A stretch of DNA of 64,000 nt, taken from positions 6,688,001 through 6,752,000 of the forward strand of contig OZ240241.1 of the NCBI GenBank assembly GCA_965198115.1, in the 5' to 3' direction. Positions 1 to 9,966 of this stretch are shown one piece after another. This stretch comes from Candidatus Latescibacterota bacterium (GTDB lineage: Bacteria; Latescibacterota; UBA2968). The notes under the pieces were generated by a model. It saw nothing but the letters and a program-made list of their open reading frames with translations, did no database searches and had not been told where the DNA came from. Both the position numbers and the translations under genes were made by a program. How positions within the stretch are numbered: position 1 is the stretch's first letter; each line of letters begins with the position of its first letter.

Positions 1-885
1 ACGGTCCGTCGTCTCGCAGAGGGTCGGGACGGTTACCCGGTTCTCAGCCAGGGCGCATCGATTCAGAACACGAATATCTCCCTGCGCTCGCTCACGGCAG
101 CGGGCCTCCAGGCGTGGGGCAAGTTGTCTTCGACGACGTTCAACGAGCTGGAGGTCAAATCGGTCTGGCGGTCGACGCTTTCGATCGAGGGGAGCTTCAA
201 CCGGAATTATGTGGACTCGACGACGGCTGTCTATCGCGATGCGGGCGAAAGTGTATCGTTTTTGCGTGGAGAGACCAGCTTTGCGTGGAAGGAGACGATG
301 CGGCATCAGCTGGCTTACGAGACGTCTGGGTCCGTCACGACGCTCGATACGAGGAGCGATTTTGGTCGTGTCGGCGGCGAAACGTCGTCGGATCAGCTGG
401 ATACGGAGCTGAGCCACCGGTGGCGGCTTCAGAGGATACAGGCCGATCCATTCGTTTCGACCGGATTCCGAACGGGGTTCACAGAGGGACGGCCGTATCA
501 GGTCAGAGGATTGGCGGGCTTCCAACGAAGGTTCCTAAAGCGGTGGGTGGCCGAGTTCGCCGCACGCGGCCAACGCGACTTCAACGAGGATCAGAGCGAC
601 TACGGTGCGGAGATTACATTGAACTATCAGTTGCGACTGAAACAGGGCGGACGTTTTCGGTCGAAGGTGGAGAGCTTCTTCGGTTTTTCGGACCGAAAAG
701 TCATCGCGATCGAGAACTACAACACATTGGCGTTCCCGCTGGCCGGAGAGCTCAGCCTGACGGTTCGACAGAACAACTTCATTTATCGGGTCGATAAGAT
801 TCGGGGCGTTTCGGTCGACGGCGTCGCCGTGCGGAGCGAGCTGACGATCGGGCTTGCCTATGGATTGGATTGGAAGTGGATATAG
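1..885 (+). CDS. 5'-truncated protein with C-terminal outer-membrane beta-barrel-like region
   Basis: Frame 1 is open from base 1 to TAG at 883-885. Alternating polar/hydrophobic strands and an aromatic C-terminus (GLAYGLDWKWI) are typical of OMPs. Confidence 0.55.
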   Translation, partial: TVRRLAEGRDGYPVLSQGASIQNTNISLRSLTAAGLQAWGKLSSTTFNELEVKSVWRSTLSIEGSFNRNYVDSTTAVYRDAGESVSFLRGETSFAWKETMRHQLAYETSGSVTTLDTRSDFGRVGGETSSDQLDTELSHRWRLQRIQADPFVSTGFRTGFTEGRPYQVRGLAGFQRRFLKRWVAEFAARGQRDFNEDQSDYGAEITLNYQLRLKQGGRFRSKVESFFGFSDRKVIAIENYNTLAFPLAGELSLTVRQNNFIYRVDKIRGVSVDGVAVRSELTIGLAYGLDWKWI

Positions 886-944
886 CGAAAGGATATTGCC
901 ACATACTCGCTGCGGAGTAGGGTCCAAGTTTCTCGGAGGAATGA

Positions 945-1109
945 AGCTGAGCGGGGGAGGAGGGAGCGGGTGACGGGGTGACAAAGCCTGGCGATGAGAC
1001 TATTGAAAAGAGGCGGCTGGATTGGTAGGATCGAATCAGTCGCCTTTGTATGTCACCCGCTCTCCCGTTCACCCCGTCTCACGGTCTTTCTTCCGTCTCC
1101 CGCTCAGCT
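945..1109. repeat. Long imperfect inverted repeat built from G-rich ~8-mers between convergent genes
   Basis: AGCTGAGCGGG (945-955) pairs with CCCGCTCAGCT (1099-1109); GAGCGGGTGAC (964-974) pairs with GTCACCCGCTC (1052-1062). Confidence 0.65.
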
Positions 1110-1616
1110 CTTCTGCCGCCATATCTCCCAAACGAGGTGGGAGAGTTCGGGGACGATGAGCTTTTCCATTGCGAGGCGGACGGCGCCCGACGATCCGGGC
1201 ATGCAGAAGATCATGGTATCCCTGTAGACACCGGCGACGGCTCTTGAGAGCATTGCGCCGGAACCGATGTCGTCCCAGCTGAGGAAGCGGAAGACTTCAC
1301 CGAATCCGTCGAGGCGTTTTTCGAGCAGGGAGGTGACGGCCTCGTAAGTCGTGTCTCTCGCCGCGATACCGGTGCCTCCGTTCGTCAGGATGACGTGGCA
1401 GTCGCCATCTTCTGCGATTTTCCGAATCAACGCCCGAATCTCGTCCGCCTCGTCCTTCACCACCGCATAGTGGCCGACGCTGTGGCCCCCATCTTCCAGC
1501 AACTCGTGGATGATTTTACCGCTTTTATCGTCGGCTTCGGTTCGCGTGTCGCTGATGGTCAGGATCGCACAGGTGACGGCATCCTTGGCCTGGGCGACGT
1601 GGTCTTCATACGGCAT
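1104..1616 (-). CDS. moaB: Molybdenum cofactor biosynthesis protein B (MogA/MoaB family)
   Basis: Motifs TISDTRT..DKSG, LTNGGTGIAARDTT, GFGEVFR, AMLSRAVAG, MPGS; RBS GGAG upstream. Confidence 0.9.
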   Translation of the reverse strand: MPYEDHVAQAKDAVTCAILTISDTRTEADDKSGKIIHELLEDGGHSVGHYAVVKDEADEIRALIRKIAEDGDCHVILTNGGTGIAARDTTYEAVTSLLEKRLDGFGEVFRFLSWDDIGSGAMLSRAVAGVYRDTMIFCMPGSSGAVRLAMEKLIVPELSHLVWEIWRQKS

Positions 1617-1763
1617 GAATGCTCCTTCCGGGGTGATAGAGTTCGGCTGCAGAGGCGAAACTTACGCAAAGTGGCGGTGAGTGAAGAAAAAAAGTGCTCA
1701 AGTTTGGGGCGACCGAGGTCGATAAATCAGAATAGGAGGAATCCCTCGAACAGGAACGTTCCC

Positions 1764-2960
1764 TTGCAGATTATTCCCCTATCAACGTCCCCATCGCCGG
1801 TCGGTGTTAGTTCTACTGGAGATTCGCGTCCGACTGTTCCTCTGCTGAACGAGGAACGGGACACGGTCGAGCTATCGAGCGAGCGACCGCCCCCGTTGGG
1901 GCAGGCGGAAGCGCTTCCGGGACAGGGCGAATCACCAAAAGTCATCGGTCTCTGTCCTGACTGTGGGCGAATTCACGCGTTGAGCGTCGATGCAGGCGGG
2001 GGATCCGCCTCTCCAGTTCAGACCGCATCTCCCCTGGTGGAGAACGCGCCAAAGGGTGTGGATGCCGGGACACCGGGCGAGTCGCCGCTTCCGGCAGGGT
2101 CGATCGATCCTCACTCCGCCGCCGGCCAGAGTCACGACGAAGCGGTGGGTGAAGAAGAGACGGATTCGGAGGCTGGCGCAGCCGAGGCTTCGGAGAAGCG
2201 GAGTCTGACAGGAGAGGAGCTGACCGACGAACAACGTCAGGAAGTCGAGCGGCTGAAAGAGCGGGATCGCGAGGTCCGTGCCCACGAGCAGGCACACGTC
2301 GCCGCCGGCGGCCAATACGTGGGCGGAGGCGTGCAGTTCGAGTACGAAACGGGACCGAATGGTCGTCGCTATGCCGTGGGGGGCGAAGTGTCAATCGACT
2401 CTTCGCCGGTTTCGGGGGATCCGCAGAAGACGATCCAGAAGGCCCAACAGATTCGGCGAGCGGCGATGGCACCGGCCGAGCCGTCGGGTGCGGACCATCG
2501 CGCTGCTGCTTCGGCTTCGCAGATGGAAGCCAAGGCTCGGCAGGAAGTGATCGAGGAACGGATGGATGGAGGCGACAGTTCGGATGACGCCACAGAAGCG
2601 GCGATCGGAGACGTGCTGGATGAGGGGATGGACGTCGAGGCCGAAACGCCCTCATCGGGAACGGATTCGGATGCCAGCCTCCCGAACGGCGCGTTGGATG
2701 TGAACGATGTGACCGGGACTACGGCTGTGGTCGAGGGGTCGGATATGGATGAGGGGTCGGGTGTTGAAGGATCGATCAGCTCTCCGGCGTTCGATGTGGT
2801 TACGACGGGTGACGATGAGGCGTCCGAGCAGGCTCAGGCTCCTTCACCGATGGATGTTCCCGAGATCGACGGGGCGAGCATCGTTCCGAGTGTCGTGACG
2901 CTGTCTTACGCCGATCAGGCCGCGTCCCCGGCAGGTTCTTTCGTGGATCTTTATCGCTGA
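1764..2960 (+). CDS. SprA-related family protein (putative metalloprotease, HExxH) with acidic low-complexity flanks
   Basis: Signature RDREVRAHEQAH..AGGQY..YETGPNGRRYAVGGEVSID..AAMAPAEPSGAD. Start placed at TTG 1764 because the longer ORF overlaps moaB. Confidence 0.8.
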   Translation: MQIIPLSTSPSPVGVSSTGDSRPTVPLLNEERDTVELSSERPPPLGQAEALPGQGESPKVIGLCPDCGRIHALSVDAGGGSASPVQTASPLVENAPKGVDAGTPGESPLPAGSIDPHSAAGQSHDEAVGEEETDSEAGAAEASEKRSLTGEELTDEQRQEVERLKERDREVRAHEQAHVAAGGQYVGGGVQFEYETGPNGRRYAVGGEVSIDSSPVSGDPQKTIQKAQQIRRAAMAPAEPSGADHRAAASASQMEAKARQEVIEERMDGGDSSDDATEAAIGDVLDEGMDVEAETPSSGTDSDASLPNGALDVNDVTGTTAVVEGSDMDEGSGVEGSISSPAFDVVTTGDDEASEQAQAPSPMDVPEIDGASIVPSVVTLSYADQAASPAGSFVDLYR

Positions 2961-2985
2961 AGCCGGATCAGAGGTCGAACCACGC

Positions 2986-3018
2986 AGGCCGACTGCCCTT
3001 GGGGCGGCCGGCCTTTTT
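2986..3018 (+). terminator. Rho-independent terminator
   Basis: GC-rich stem AGGCCGACTGCCC/GGGCGGCCGGCCT followed by a T run, just after the stop at 2960. Confidence 0.7.
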
Positions 3019-3050
3019 GTATGGCGGTGAGGTCAAGGTTGCGGAGACGA

Positions 3051-3821
3051 TCAGGACAGTCCCATCGCCTGTAGATTCTTCAGGCTGATTTCGAGGCTTT
3101 CGAAGGGATCGCGCTGACATCGGTCCTGCTCGACGATATACCATCGTGTGCCGGCCTCACGACAGGCTTCGAGGATGGCGGGCCAGTTGAGATTGCCCTC
3201 GCCGACTTCGGCGAACAGTTGCTCGCGACCCTGCATCGTCAGGTCTTTGACGTGAACGAGGTCGGCGCGTCCCCTGGCCTTGCGGATCCAGGCCGCGGGA
3301 TCCCCGCCTCCGTGCTGAATCCAGTAGACGTCGATTTCGAACTGAAAGACCTCGGGATCGGATTCTTCGAACAGGATCTGTAGTGCCGTGCGATCTCCGA
3401 AGCGTTCGAGTTCGAAGCTGTGGTTGTGATAGCCGAACGTCAGCCCTGCGTCGGACAATTTCCTCGCGACCTCCGTGGCTTCGCGAGCAAACCGTGTGAA
3501 GCCCGCTTCCCCATCCTCGCGGTAGGGTTGGGGTAAGCTTCCGATGGCCACGTATCGACAGTCCCAGAGTCGGTGCTCGTCGATGACGGCGTCGGTTTCG
3601 TCTCGCAGCCGATCGTAGGCGACGTGCGTGGCGCAGATGGTGAGGCCCTCGCCGTCGGTCACGGCCTTGAGTTCGGCCGGCTCGATCGGTCCGAACCCCG
3701 AGCACTGGACCGATCGGTAGCCCATCTGTCCGACCCGTCTGAGGGTCGTCGCGATTTCGGCCGGGGTGTTCGTAAAGTCGCGGACCGTGTAGAGTTGGGC
3801 CGCGATCGTGGTCTCTGGCAT
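3051..3821 (-). CDS. Sugar phosphate isomerase/epimerase (xylose isomerase-like TIM barrel)
   Basis: Motifs QLYTVRD, GYHNHSFE, EIDVYW, HVKD, EVGEG, YIVEQD; ATG 3821 with GGAGG RBS. Confidence 0.85.
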   Translation of the reverse strand: MPETTIAAQLYTVRDFTNTPAEIATTLRRVGQMGYRSVQCSGFGPIEPAELKAVTDGEGLTICATHVAYDRLRDETDAVIDEHRLWDCRYVAIGSLPQPYREDGEAGFTRFAREATEVARKLSDAGLTFGYHNHSFELERFGDRTALQILFEESDPEVFQFEIDVYWIQHGGGDPAAWIRKARGRADLVHVKDLTMQGREQLFAEVGEGNLNWPAILEACREAGTRWYIVEQDRCQRDPFESLEISLKNLQAMGLS

Positions 3822-3998
3822 CTGTCTCCTCCACGTTCTCGGGGGTCGCGACAACATACTACCCGCCCCCGACGGGGACCAGCGGATTGTGGTCGATTTT
3901 CGTCGCCTTTCATCTGGCCTTTTCCAGACCGCGCCTATATTTTAGGCTCACATTCGCCGGGCACTCAGAGAAGACACGAAGAGGGGCAGGAGGAACTG

Positions 3999-6245
3999 AT
4001 GCGGAACGCACAGCTGGTCATTTCTGGCCAGAGCCAGCGCAACGAGGATCTTGTGGCAAATTCACGCTACATGCGGGAGTCGGTCGAATCGCAGGTGTTG
4101 GGATTCTCGCTGGATCTGCGGAGGGACAGCGGGTTGACGAGCGACGAGGCTGCTGTGATGACGGCGCTCGAAAAATCGGCCGCACGCACCGCCCTGGCTT
4201 CGCTCGCGTCGCTGGCCGAGATCGGCGAGCTCGATCATCTCGGTGGCGGTCTGGAGCTGATTCCGACCCTCAATATGACGCTCGCCGTTGCCGACAACGA
4301 CGCCATCCACTACACGATCGAACACGCGCACACGAGCATCGGTTATTTCTCGACGCTGGCGAGCTGGGGCTTCATCGACCAGGACCTGGTCGTCGACGGG
4401 TTTCGACGGGGATTGGATATCACGGGCCACGTATCGTGGGTTCCCGGTGGCACACAGCTCAGCGGGGGACGCCTGGGTGTGATGGTCCCCGTAGCCGTCG
4501 GTCAAGCGCTGGGTCTGAGGGCCCATCGCGGGGACGACGCACTCGTCATTTGCCATCTCGGCGATGCGGGATGGCTGTCGGGTCAGGCGTTGAACGGCTT
4601 CCTGGGTGCAGGCGTACACGATGCACCGATCGTGTTCGTGATGAATCGGAACGGGATCCAGCTGTCGGGTCCGACGTCCAGTATCTTGGATCGCGACCCT
4701 CGCGAAATCGTGCAAGCGATGGGTGTCGAGGTGCTTGAAATTCCGTCGTTGCACGACGTGGGCGCCCTGTTCGATGCCTACAGGGAGGCTTCGAAACACG
4801 CCCGCGTGGGTCGTCCGACAATGATCTATCCAGTCGGGCTCCGTTCGACGGAGGAATCGACGGTCACGCTCGCGACGTTCGGTGAGATCTACGGCGTGAC
4901 GGACGAACTGTCGGCCTTCTCCGAACAACACAAGGTTTCGATGGGGACGGAGGTCTGGATCCCCGGCTCGTTGATGAGCTATCGCGATACGGGGCCGATG
5001 TTCGAGTGTCTGTTCTACGTGAATGGGCTCGAGGGGGGCGAAGGCCATCACGACGGGCATATGAAGGATCGTGACTTAGACACGGTGCTGGCGAACCCGA
5101 TGCTGTCCGAAAACGGCGAGGCGAAGGCGATCGCGAAGGTGGGCAACGGGAACCTTCGTGTGACGCAGGCGAGGCCGTCGCCAGGATCACCGAACTTGGT
5201 GCTGGACGGTCGGCTGAAATCGATCGAATTGCCGGCGGTGGGGGAACAGGTGTCCGCACGAAACGGGACGCAGCTGGCCTACGCGACGATCGCCGAAGCC
5301 TTTCCGGATCAGTTTTTCACGGTGTCGTGCGATTTGGACCCATCGACCAAGCTGGACAAGGCGAAAGCGGTCGTGGATGCCAACCACAAGTTCGAGATGG
5401 GGATTACGGAGCAGGCTTCGTCTTTGTTGGCAAACGGCATCGCTCTCAGTTCATCAGGACCGCAGCTCGTCGTTTTTGCGACGTTCGCCGCTTTCTTCGA
5501 GGGGATCGCACGGGAGGGGTTCGAGTTGTGGCGCTACCAACGGAACCTGACAGGTGCGAATGAAGGTGTGAACGTGGCGATGCACCTTTCGCACGTCGGT
5601 GCGTGTACGGGGCGCGATCACTTTTCGGGTTGGAGTCTGGATTGGATCACGTTGGCGATGGGCTACCTGCCTTATCTGCACCGGTTTTATGCACCGTCGG
5701 ACGCGCGGTCCGCATTTGTGGCCGCGTGCGATATGGCCGCTCACTATGGAGGTCACATCATCGGGATTCCACGCGACAACCTGCCCGTACTCGGCAAGCA
5801 GGATGGTTCAGGTCCGTTGTGGGGGGCTGATTCGGTCTGGGAAGCGGTTACGATGTTCAGAACCTACGAGGGCGCGAAGAAGGCGATTCTGGCGATGGGT
5901 GCGCCGACGTATCTGGCGGGCGAAGCGGCTGAGGCGTGCGAGGGAAAGGACCCGGTCGATGTTCACGTCGTGAACGGGTTGCCACTCGAGGATGGGGCGC
6001 TCAATGTTCTCGTCGAGCGCTATCCCGGTGGGCTGGTGACGATCGAAGACGGGCTGATCGGTCACCCGGGCGTGGGGCTCAGGGGGTTCGCCTCACTCGT
6101 GCAGTCTACGGCAGCAGGGCGTGTTCCGCTCGCGCACGTGGGCATCGTCGATCCGACAGTCGCGCCATCGGAAGGTCGTCTTCCGACGTGGGGGCATTTC
6201 GGCATCACGACGGATGCGTTGATCGAAGCTGTCGAGTCACTTTAG
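3999..6245 (+). CDS. Divergent transketolase-like ThDP-dependent enzyme
   Basis: ThDP motif variant GDAG..N..NGIQLSG; pyrimidine-binding domain motifs EMGITEQ and FATFAAF; C-terminal VTIEDG; ATG 3999 with AGGAGG RBS. Confidence 0.75.
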   Translation: MRNAQLVISGQSQRNEDLVANSRYMRESVESQVLGFSLDLRRDSGLTSDEAAVMTALEKSAARTALASLASLAEIGELDHLGGGLELIPTLNMTLAVADNDAIHYTIEHAHTSIGYFSTLASWGFIDQDLVVDGFRRGLDITGHVSWVPGGTQLSGGRLGVMVPVAVGQALGLRAHRGDDALVICHLGDAGWLSGQALNGFLGAGVHDAPIVFVMNRNGIQLSGPTSSILDRDPREIVQAMGVEVLEIPSLHDVGALFDAYREASKHARVGRPTMIYPVGLRSTEESTVTLATFGEIYGVTDELSAFSEQHKVSMGTEVWIPGSLMSYRDTGPMFECLFYVNGLEGGEGHHDGHMKDRDLDTVLANPMLSENGEAKAIAKVGNGNLRVTQARPSPGSPNLVLDGRLKSIELPAVGEQVSARNGTQLAYATIAEAFPDQFFTVSCDLDPSTKLDKAKAVVDANHKFEMGITEQASSLLANGIALSSSGPQLVVFATFAAFFEGIAREGFELWRYQRNLTGANEGVNVAMHLSHVGACTGRDHFSGWSLDWITLAMGYLPYLHRFYAPSDARSAFVAACDMAAHYGGHIIGIPRDNLPVLGKQDGSGPLWGADSVWEAVTMFRTYEGAKKAILAMGAPTYLAGEAAEACEGKDPVDVHVVNGLPLEDGALNVLVERYPGGLVTIEDGLIGHPGVGLRGFASLVQSTAAGRVPLAHVGIVDPTVAPSEGRLPTWGHFGITTDALIEAVESL

Positions 6246-6354
6246 GCTAATCTCTCTCCGGGGACATCTTCAAGGGCTTCATGGGGACGCACGGTATCCA
6301 ATGCCGTGTGTTTCTCTTTTTTCGACAGCACTTCGAGAGCGGCCCGCCTAACGA

Positions 6355-7662
6355 TCAGAAGATTCGATACTCCAGGGCAGTGGAGAGCGACATCTCCCAC
6401 GGTTTGGATACTCCCCTCAGTACATTCGTTCCCGTTGTGACGTCCGTGTTAACTTCGTTCACTTTTGACTTGTCCAGGCTGAATGTCATTGTGAGTCCAA
6501 TCTTGTTCTCGACGAAGAAGCTGAAGCTGTTTGAAATGCTGTTGCTGTGAGTGGCCGGAATGTCCCGAAAGACCATCTCTTCCGGCTGCTGTGTATCCGG
6601 GTTGATCGAATCCAAGGTCACCGATTCGCTTTTCTCCGAGCTGAACAGGTAAACCAGCTTGTAACTGATTCTGTTGGTGATTTCATAGATGAAGTCCGTC
6701 TTCATCTGTATGTCGTATCGCTGCCCAAATGCTGATGACAGCGGCGTATTCACACCGAAGTCCGTGTTGATCTGTGTGCTCCAGCTGATCGGCCTGGAAT
6801 ACCGGACTCCGAATGAGAAGGCGGGGTCATCGCGATCCTGTCCACGCAGAGGAGTCAACGCCTCCATGCGAACACCGACGGAGATGTCCCACCCATAGAA
6901 GCGTTCGTTGATCCGCTCTATTTCGAGAACCTCTTGCATGCGCAGGACACCGATTGCACCGATGGTCCCAATGACCTCTCCAGATTTCTGAAGTTCGTTC
7001 TGCATATCTTCATACCAGTAGTTCTTGTAGCGATCACCATAGAGCTTCTCGTATTCGTCCTCCTTTTCGATGATGTGACCCAACTCGATTATCGTCTCCT
7101 TCGGAAGACGCTCTGCGACGATGCCTTCCCTCAGGAGGAAGTCTTCGATCCGAACAGCTTTACGAAGGGCCGTCGCGTTGATAAACCGCCCGAATCCCAG
7201 GCCTGAGGTGACGTCGACACCTGGGCGGTCGAAGTCCGTATCGAGATCGGCTTCCGTTTCCCCGAAGAAGAAGAAGCTTCCTTCGTCGCGGTGATACTTT
7301 TTAACTCTGCTTACCAAGTTGGCGTCCGCAGAGCCAACCAGCTGGTCCTGTGCAGTGTCTCTTCTGAATTTGCCCGACCCCCGAAGGTCGATGGAGTATG
7401 CAAAGGGGAGCGACTCGTAGAATTTCTTGTATACGATCGCCATCGTTCCCGTTTGAGAGACGATCGAATCGCCCTTCGATTGCATTTCGAGGGTCAGCGC
7501 GTCGATGCGCAGGTTGTCTGCACGACTGACCGGAACGCTGTAATCCTTGACAGAGACATTTTGAGCCACGGTCTCGCCGTTTGCGATGAGACCGACCAAG
7601 GCCACCGGAGGCCCCCACTTGCGGAGCGCCCCCCATAGCCGCTCGCTGATCCGGTGTCTCAT
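6355..7662 (-). CDS. Putative outer-membrane beta-barrel protein
   Basis: Signal peptide (..ETVA/Q), amphipathic strands, C-terminal LEYRIF; ATG 7662 with AGGAGGG RBS. Confidence 0.6.
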   Translation of the reverse strand: MRHRISERLWGALRKWGPPVALVGLIANGETVAQNVSVKDYSVPVSRADNLRIDALTLEMQSKGDSIVSQTGTMAIVYKKFYESLPFAYSIDLRGSGKFRRDTAQDQLVGSADANLVSRVKKYHRDEGSFFFFGETEADLDTDFDRPGVDVTSGLGFGRFINATALRKAVRIEDFLLREGIVAERLPKETIIELGHIIEKEDEYEKLYGDRYKNYWYEDMQNELQKSGEVIGTIGAIGVLRMQEVLEIERINERFYGWDISVGVRMEALTPLRGQDRDDPAFSFGVRYSRPISWSTQINTDFGVNTPLSSAFGQRYDIQMKTDFIYEITNRISYKLVYLFSSEKSESVTLDSINPDTQQPEEMVFRDIPATHSNSISNSFSFFVENKIGLTMTFSLDKSKVNEVNTDVTTGTNVLRGVSKPWEMSLSTALEYRIF

Positions 7663-7717
7663 GGTTTCCCTCCTTTTTGCGGATCGGTGTTCTATCGAAC
7701 ACGCTTTGTGTGATCGT

Positions 7718-8551
7718 CTATTTTTGACCATCTGAGTCGTCCGTGGATGTGTTTCCGTCGATCTCCGATTCTGTTTCGGTCGAATCGGGCGGAATCATGA
7801 TGAAGGCGAAATCGTCGTAGTCCGCCTTGGCGGGACGCTTGGTGTTGTTCGCGTCGGAGATGACGCTGAGGAACCGTACCGGTCGGGGTTCACCACCGAA
7901 CAGGGCTTTGTAGTCTTCGTAGACGTTGACCTCTTCCCAGACCCACTCACCAGTTCGTTGTTCACCGCTTTGGAGCACGATGACTTTGATCTTGGAGTTA
8001 CCGGCGCTTTCGGTGCGGGTGCCTGCGGGCAGCGTCGCGCTCCACACATATTTGAGCATTCGGGGTCGGAGACCGCCGTAGAACACGAGTCTCACCGCGG
8101 CGCCGCTGTCGTTCAAGTCCTTTGCCTCCTCGTTCCCGCCTTCTGGCAACTTCCAGACACGCCATCGCCATCGCACTTTGTTGTAGATACGGAGGTTGAT
8201 GTCAGCCTTCGTGCCGGCATCGATGGCGGCATCGTCGGTGTCGGCCGCGAGATAGAGATTGCCGTCCTCTTCTACCTCGATGCTGTAGTAGACTTCCTCC
8301 CAGCGGGCGTTGCGCCACCCGCCTTTCTTGGCTTCCCAGGTTGCGGGGAAAGCCTTGATCTGGTCAGGGTAGTCGAACGATTCTAGGTAGTGGATGGAGT
8401 CAGGCAGAGGTGTGTGGAACGACGGTGGTGGCTGGGCGGGTTCACTTCGCGCGACCGTGGATGGCAGCGCGGTCAAGACCCATAAGAGTCCGATCAGGAC
8501 GAGCTGCATCCGGCGTGTCTGCGATCGGATATGGTCGGGGAGGCTATACAT
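7718..8551 (-). CDS. DUF3047 domain exported protein
   Basis: Motifs RWRWRV..LP.G.E...NDSGAAV, LKYVWS, VLQSG..GEWVWEEVNVYEDYKALFG, SDANNT; N-terminal signal peptide. Confidence 0.75.
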   Translation of the reverse strand: MYSLPDHIRSQTRRMQLVLIGLLWVLTALPSTVARSEPAQPPPSFHTPLPDSIHYLESFDYPDQIKAFPATWEAKKGGWRNARWEEVYYSIEVEEDGNLYLAADTDDAAIDAGTKADINLRIYNKVRWRWRVWKLPEGGNEEAKDLNDSGAAVRLVFYGGLRPRMLKYVWSATLPAGTRTESAGNSKIKVIVLQSGEQRTGEWVWEEVNVYEDYKALFGGEPRPVRFLSVISDANNTKRPAKADYDDFAFIMIPPDSTETESEIDGNTSTDDSDGQK

Positions 8552-8688
8552 CGAGAATAGAAGATCGAGTATCGAACATTGAGGGGCGAGGCTCTTTACT
8601 CTGCGTGTCAGCGTCGTGCGACCCTCGGCGCCGAAAAGGAGCCGCTGGGTGAGACGATGGGGTAGACCTCTTCCCGCCCTGACGGGAT

Positions 8689-9966
8689 TCAGGCGGCTGC
8701 GATGGCGCTACGTGTGCCTTTCAGGTCGAAACAGTCGTACTGGTTGTCGTGCATGATCCGTGACGCTACGGAGATGGCCTGTTGTTCTGTGAGCAAGCCT
8801 TCCGCGACTTCGGTTTCCATCGCCCGAGTGAACCATTTTCGCATCTGGATGGCATATGCGGCGGCGCTCGTGGGCCAACGGGTGTCGCCTCCGAACCCGA
8901 AGAGTTTGTTGACGGGAACGGCGTGGATGAATCGGCGAACGAAGTCGCTGGAACTGAAAGGATCGATCGACCAAGCCCAGCAGAGGTCGATAAAGACGTT
9001 GGGATAATGCTTGGCCAGCGCGATCAGCTCCCGGTCGTAGGGGTAAGCGATGTGCATGAGTACGAATCGGCATTCGAGGTACTTTGCCAACAGGGGGCAC
9101 ATGTTACCAGCGGCGATGCGGCTGACGGGCATGCGATCGTTTCCCGCGTAGTAGCCCGTGTGAATCTTGAAGGGAAGGTTGTGCTCGATGGCCAGCTCGA
9201 CACCCCGGGCCCAGCACCAGTCCCCCAGACAGAGTTGAGTGGGAACGGAAGACACGCCACCCAGGATGTGGGAAAGGGCTCGGGCGGCGTCGCTGTCGGA
9301 GCGATCTTCCCACTGAAGTGTGCGTGAATACGCGTGTTGGGCTTTAACGGCGATGGCGGTCGGGCCGTGCTTGGCGAACAGCGCCGTCATGGCTTCGCGG
9401 AGCGTCGAGAGGTCTTTGACGTCAATGCCGGTTTCCTCGTGAATCGCGGCGGGGTCGATGGTGCCCCCGCAGAATCCTGCCCAGGAGAGGTCGTAGAGGA
9501 AGAAGTCGGGACCGGATTCGTCGGGTGTGCAGGGCCAGCAGAAGTCGTCCGTCTGGATATGGTCGAGTCCGGCCCGGTCGCGGAGGAGCTTGAGACGCTC
9601 CCCCGGCTGTCGAAGCTGCTTGAGCTCTTGCTGAGCGTCTGCGAGGGTCCGGGAAGTCAGTTCTTCGACGCCATAGATCTCGGACGCGATCAGACGCACG
9701 GCCTCTCCATAGCCCGTGAACTGGGTTGCTTCCCACGCATCGCGGATCCCGTCGAATCGGTCTTCGACCGCATCGGTCCGGCCATTCATGAGGCGATCCA
9801 TCGCGCTCGGCGAGGCGCCGGCCGTCCTGAGATCGGCGGTCACGTAGTTGCCGAACAGATCCTGAAGGATATCGGGGCCCTCTTCGAGCCACGGGGTCTC
9901 TCTGTTTAGATGTTCGTGGGTATCGCAGAGTGCGAGTGTCTCGATGTGCCGTGCAAGATCGGTCAT
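8689..9966 (-). CDS. Amidohydrolase family protein
   Basis: Metal-binding motifs DTHEH, KIHTG, LMHIAYP, DLCW, FGGD. Confidence 0.85.
   Translation of the reverse strand: MTDLARHIETLALCDTHEHLNRETPWLEEGPDILQDLFGNYVTADLRTAGASPSAMDRLMNGRTDAVEDRFDGIRDAWEATQFTGYGEAVRLIASEIYGVEELTSRTLADAQQELKQLRQPGERLKLLRDRAGLDHIQTDDFCWPCTPDESGPDFFLYDLSWAGFCGGTIDPAAIHEETGIDVKDLSTLREAMTALFAKHGPTAIAVKAQHAYSRTLQWEDRSDSDAARALSHILGGVSSVPTQLCLGDWCWARGVELAIEHNLPFKIHTGYYAGNDRMPVSRIAAGNMCPLLAKYLECRFVLMHIAYPYDRELIALAKHYPNVFIDLCWAWSIDPFSSSDFVRRFIHAVPVNKLFGFGGDTRWPTSAAAYAIQMRKWFTRAMETEVAEGLLTEQQAISVASRIMHDNQYDCFDLKGTRSAIAAA

Noticed and set aside
1395-1763. Long N-terminal extensions in the ORF track (also 3573-3998, 41365-41541, 20023-20181)
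   Set aside because: They overlap neighbouring real genes, and better starts with an RBS or coupled stop lie downstream.
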